Of a stretch of 64,000 nt of DNA, positions 58,761 through 64,000 are shown piece by piece. Position numbers and translations under genes: made by a program. The DNA comes from Gekko japonicus (Eukaryota): assembly GCF_001447785.1 (NCBI RefSeq), contig NW_015177041.1, positions 475,426 through 539,425 of the forward strand, in the 5' to 3' direction. Below the pieces are notes generated by a model. That model made no database searches. It saw only the letters and a list, made by a program, of their open reading frames with translations, and was not told the origin of the DNA. How positions within the stretch are numbered: the stretch's first letter is position 1; each line of letters starts with the position of its first letter.

Positions 58761-61700
58761 ACACTGCGATGAAGGGCTGCTGGGCCCTGCTTGCCTCCTG
58801 GGCAAGCTCAGTGTCCCTGTCTGCCCCTTGGTGTTTGGAGGGGTGGAGGAAGAGACTGTCCGGTGCCCCCGCCCCTTTCAAAATGCCCGGCTCAGTATAT
58901 TAACGGGGGGCGGGGGGGAGCAGCACTTTTGGAAGGTTCACAACTTCCGAGTGGTGTGTGTGGGGGGGGCAGAGCATAGCTCCCCGGTGGCCAGAGCTGT
59001 TTGGACCGGTCAGCCTCCTCGGAGTAGGAGAGGGTAAAGGACTTCTGCATGTGTAACGCCTCCCTCCTTCCCCGTCCAGGGGGACCAGGCCCACAGCGCT
59101 TCCCTGGTGCCTGCGTTCCTGCAGATGTGTCTGTGGCCGTTTCTGCACATTCCTCTTAATCCGTGTTCCCTGCAGTGTCCTCCAAGCAACTCTGCACTAA
59201 AATCGCCTTCAACTTTCTTGTTAATCCGGGGGGGGGGCAGTCCGATCTTGAAGTGCCGCCCTTGGGGCTCCCTTGCAGTCTCGGCTGGGCTTTGAGGGGC
59301 TTGTGTCGGCTCCTGGAGGGGTGTGTGTGTGTGTCCAGCTACAAAGTGGGCCTGCCGGCAGAGTGTGCTGTGGCATCAGCCATCCAGCAGCCCCCCACCT
59401 CTGTTCGCCAGAAGCTCTTGATGGGCAGTTCGGCCCTCGTGTTTTGTTCCCCCGGTGACTGGTCCTTCCTGCAGTTCGTGAGCGGGACTAGGGCTGTGAA
59501 TGCACTCGCCACCCCCTGAGCCAAATCCCCAGGATTCTTTGGGAGAGAGCCATGACACTAAACTTCTGTACAGCAGGTGTAAATCAGCAGTATGTTTATT
59601 TTTAAGTTCTGTACAGCCTTGAAAACCTGTTGAATTGTCTGTTGGAGCCGAATCTGCCAATAATGTGTCAGAGGTGATAAAAATGAATTTTCATGCATTG
59701 AAAATGATTCTAGTTTAACCCCACCCCACCCCCCAAGTTAAACTGTACCATCTAGTGACAAGAAACACACTTTCAACTTAAAACTATTGTGGTCAATAGT
59801 TACTTGTTATGGAAAGAATACATCTTAACAGTATGGACATTGGTGTTGAATCGCCCCCCCCCCCCTTACAGCATTTACACAGCCTGCAAACCATAGTGCT
59901 CTTCTGAGCGTTACTGTGACTGAAAAACCATCCCATAAAACCATATAATAACTTGAGCATAATTCAATCAGCCCCACATTTGGGGTTTCCAACCCTTGCC
60001 TGGGGCTTAGAGAGCTCCTGGAGTTACAGCTGACCTCCAAAATACAGAAATCCGTCTCTCTAGAGAAAATGGCCGCTTTGGAAAGTGAATTCTCTGGCCC
60101 TGAGATCCCTCCGAGTCCCACCTCCAGCTCTGCAGGAGTTTCCCAGTCAGAAGTGGCAGCCCTTCTGTACCATCGACTGTATTAAAATAAAACAGCAATT
60201 GGTGCTGAGACTTCACTTTTCCATCCATGCCTTTTCAAACTTTTGGAATTTGCTTGGAAAGTCACCCTTAGCTTAACAGCAGGCACCAACTTCCAAGGTG
60301 ACTTGAGGGGTAGCAGCTGACCTCTCAACTGTAGCAATTTAGCTGCCTGCCAATTAAACCCCCTCCCCCCCAACAATGGGGAAGGGCATCAAACGGACCC
60401 CTCCAGCCTAATGGGACGGCTTTTGTTGGCACACCTTTGCAAGTGGCCCAGCTTTGAAGCCTCACAGTGTGGAAGGATTAACCGCTACATGAAGAACATG
60501 GAGATAAATTTAAATCTGCTAACTGAATTCTCCACCCAGGGCGTAAGTAACCCCAGCACACTTCTGGTAGAACTTTTCTATTTCTACAGAAAATGGCACA
60601 TTTATGATAAGATAAAATTCGACCCTGTGTTTGGGGTCAATGCAGCCTCTTTAATCAGGGTGTGTATCATGTTTTCATTTCCCCTGTTAATTCCCATTGG
60701 GGCCAATTATACCCCAGTAGTGTTCTAACATTTTTCTTAATTTTTATTTTTAAGTAAACCTGGGGACTCGACTGTGTGACTGAACAACAACAAAAAAACC
60801 TGGGGAGAGGGACTGAGAAAGTGGGGCACGGTGGCCCCTCTCCTTACTATTGAAGAATGCGACGAGACGAAGAAGTCTAGGGTGGCTAAAGAAGCCGTGG
60901 TAGGGTGTATATCTTCAGGGGTACTACTATCCAGCCCTTCAAACCGTTTTATCTCACAGCTCTCAACTGTTGCTTCCAAGGTGGCAGTAAATATTAATAA
61001 AAGCAATTCTTTAGAAAGTGCAAAAACATCCATCTGCCACACAGAAGTATAAAATGTCAGTTAAAGTACGCCTCCTTATAAAACACCGGAACAGCCCATC
61101 ATTCAGAAGTAGCCCAAAACACGATTGGGGGGTGAGGGGTGGCCACAATAGACACAAATCAGCCAAATGTCTGGCAAAATAGTATATTTATTTATATTTA
61201 TATTTATTTATAGGTTTAATTTATACCCCGCCCTCCCCGCAACGTGGGCTCAGGGCGGCTTACAGTCAGGCATAAGCCAGTATCAAATATAAAACATTTT
61301 AAAAACCATTTAAAAATTTTAAAAAGTAGTGTTTTCCCCTAGTCCCTAAAGCCATGCGGGCTATGGGTCAGGAGAACAGCTATTCCGTTAAGAGACCCAC
61401 CAGATAGGGGTTCGCCTTCTGACATCGCAGCCGACCTCCACCCTACAGGGATCGATTTCCCCAGAGGAAATGGCGGCCTCAGAGGCGTCGCCTCCTCGTC
61501 GAGCTTCCTCCCTTCTCAAGGCACTACCCAAAATCTCCAGGAATTTCCCAAGCCAGAATTGGCAACTCCACATTCCACAGTTGGGATGTCCCACCACCGG
61601 CAAGGGCCCGTCTCATGGCCACTGGCACTGCGTATGAGGATGCGGGCACACAGCAGGTGGTCATGGGTGGGGAGAGTAGGCTTGCCAACCTTCAGGTGGG

Positions 61701-62144
61701 GCCTGGAGAGCTCCCAAAATGACAGCTGGTCTCCTCCAGGCTGCAGAGATAATCCCCCCCCCAAGAACATGGGTGCTCCCGAGAGTGGACTCTGTGGCAT
61801 TAGGCACCCTGCTGACGTCCCTCCCCTCCCTGAACTCGGCCTTCCTCAAATCTCCAGGGGTTGTTCCCAAAGTGGAGCTGGCAGCTGGCAGGGCAGGGTT
61901 CCGTCTGTGAGCAAGGGCCCCGGTCCAAGACCACGGAGGACTTTAAAGGTCTTGAGCCACAATTTGCATTCTCCTCAGCAGCAAAGCTCTTTTTAAAAGG
62001 GGCAAGACAGTTTGTTACAGACTAACAGCACTTATTTCAGTATGACCCTACGTGGGTCTCACAAAGGCTCATACTGGAATAAATGCCCTTTGTATTTAAG
62101 GTGCCACCGGACTTTTGGTTTATTTTGCTATAACAGACCAACAG

Positions 62145-63015
62145 AAGTCCTGCTGGATCAGACCCATGGTCCATCTAGGCCAGCATCCTGCCTGTCTCAG
62201 CGGCCAGCCAGTTCCTCTGGAGGGCCAACAAGAGGGCAGAGAGGCCCTGATGCTGCCTCCTGGCACTGGGATTCAGAGAATGACTGCTTCGGAACATAGG
62301 GGTTCCCTTCACAGTCACCAGGGCTAGTAGCAGCGGAGAGACCCGTCCTCCATTAACCTGTTCAATTCCCCCTTTAAAGCCTTCTAGACCCGCAGCCGTA
62401 GCTACATTTTCTGGTAGTGAATTCCACATTTTGATCACTCGCATAAAGATATATTTTGTTTGTCCATCCTGAATCTACTGCCCAACATCAGCTTCATTGG
62501 GTTCCCTTGAATTCTACTATTTTGGGAGAGGGGGAAAAAGTTTTCTCTTTCTATTCTCTCTACCCTGTGCGTGATTTTATAAACCTCTATCATGTTCCCC
62601 CTTATCCTTCTTTTTTCTAGACACACATCAGCCTTTCCTCGTGGGAAAGGTGTTCTAACCTCTCGATCCTCTTGGTTGCCCTCTTCTGCACTTTCCCCAG
62701 CTCCGCACTATCCCTTTTGAGATACAGTCATCAGAACTGCGCACAGTGCTCCAAATGTGGCTGCACCGTAGCTCTACTCAAAGGCATATGATCCTGGCCG
62801 TTTTATTTTCAGTCCCTTTTCCTAATAATTTCTGGTATGGAGCTTGCCTTTCCGTGGTTGTTGGACACGGAGTCAGCAGCTTACCCACACTGAACTTACT
62901 TTGCTCCGTGGTCGCCCACTCGACCATTTCAGAGAGATCCTCCTCTAACTCTTTACAACCCACCTTGGTTTTCTCCATACTGAATCATTTGGTATCATCC
63001 TCTGCAAATATTGTC
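62145..63015 (-). mobile_element. CR1 LINE 3' region
   Basis: LEKRRIRGNMIEVYKI, WNSLPE and the 3'UTR. Confidence 0.8.
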
Positions 63016-63837
63016 AACAGCCAGTTAACCCAGACTATGCTACTGACCGGCTGTTGTCTGAGGGTTCTGCAAAGCCCACCATCTGACATAAACATTATAT
63101 TTTACAATGTCCAGAATTGTATTATCTAATTCTGTTTTAATATTTTATGTGAGCCGCCCTGAGCCTGCCTTGGCAGGGAGGGCCGGATATAAATTAAACG
63201 AATACATGAATAGAAAACCTGGCCAGCCCTCAGCGACACCCCCCCCGCAGTTAGGCACTTGGTGCTGCTCAGCCTCCTGGCTGCAGTGTTGCGATGCTTC
63301 TGAGGGTTTGTGAAAGGCTGTGGGATAGCTGACGTGGGTTATGTTCATGGTCCCCACCACCACCTCGAGACGCGTGTGGGTGAGAGGGCATCCAGGAAGG
63401 TTCGTTCCGCTGAGGAAAAGGGTGGGTGAAAAGGGTGAGTGTTTCTCGGGGCCAAGAGAAAGGCCCTCTTGCACATGTTCCAAGGCTGTGTGGTCAGTTC
63501 TGAATATGCCACTTTTAATGCGCAGTACGTCTTACAAGAGCTCCTCTGGGCAGAGCCTGAAGGCGAGGGGCTTGCTCGGTAGGCTGCCCCCCACTCTGTT
63601 TCACTGGCTCAGCTGCATGTGGAACCCGGGGGGTGGGGGGGAGGCAAGGCGAGGCCTCCTCCTGTGGTCCTGGATCCCGCCAAAGCAAGACGCAGTGGTT
63701 GCCGCCCAGTGGAAGAAACAGGGGCGCTCTGCATCTTGTAGGATGCCCTGGCTCCTGCCGCCACCCTTGTTCTCCAGGAGCTCTGGTGGCATGCCACCCG
63801 TGGCTGGAGCAGCACGTCTTTCCTTGCTTGACTGTGA

Positions 63838-64000
63838 GGCCAGTTTGGTGTCGTGGTTAAGTGCGCAGACTCTAATCTGGGAGAACTGGGTTTGATTTCC
63901 CACTCCTCCTCCACTTGCAGCTGCTGGTGTGACCTTGGGCAAGCCGTAGTTCTGACAAGAGCTGTTCTTGAAAAAAGAGCTGTTTCTGTCAAGAGCTCTC
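63838..64000 (+). mobile_element. Squam3-like SINE (cut by window end)
   Basis: Family match. Confidence 0.8.

Noticed and set aside
54400-64000. Additional gene downstream of BUD13
   Set aside because: Only short ORFs and repeat fragments; no coherent exon chain was found.

Overview
Vertebrate (squamate reptile, probably a gecko, judged from its SINE/LINE families) genomic DNA covering the apolipoprotein A1/C3/A4 - ZPR1 - BUD13 syntenic block. Spliced + strand genes: APOA1 (CDS 1488-3873, 272 aa), APOA4 (CDS 19012-23585, 367 aa, with a separate 5'UTR exon), ZPR1 (exons 2-14, 31492-38899; exon 1 falls in an N-gap; one U12-type intron) and BUD13 (42988-54284, 11 exons, 531 aa; one GC-AG intron). 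The main discoveries are (i) a decayed APOC3 on the - strand (4672-5575), with a frameshift and several stops, one of them at the exon-junction codon equivalent to human R19X, and (ii) no recognisable APOA5 between APOA4 and ZPR1. Together these suggest joint loss of the two opposing lipoprotein-lipase regulators. The rest is dense with repeats: tRNA-derived Squam3-like SINEs, a Sauria SINE, 5S-derived SINEs, young BovB (RTE) fragments, CR1/L2 fragments, a ~205-bp hAT MITE family and a solo LTR that sits in a four-layer nested insertion. Gene and repeat identities come from recalled family sequences, not from database searches. No prokaryotic systems or CRISPR arrays are present.
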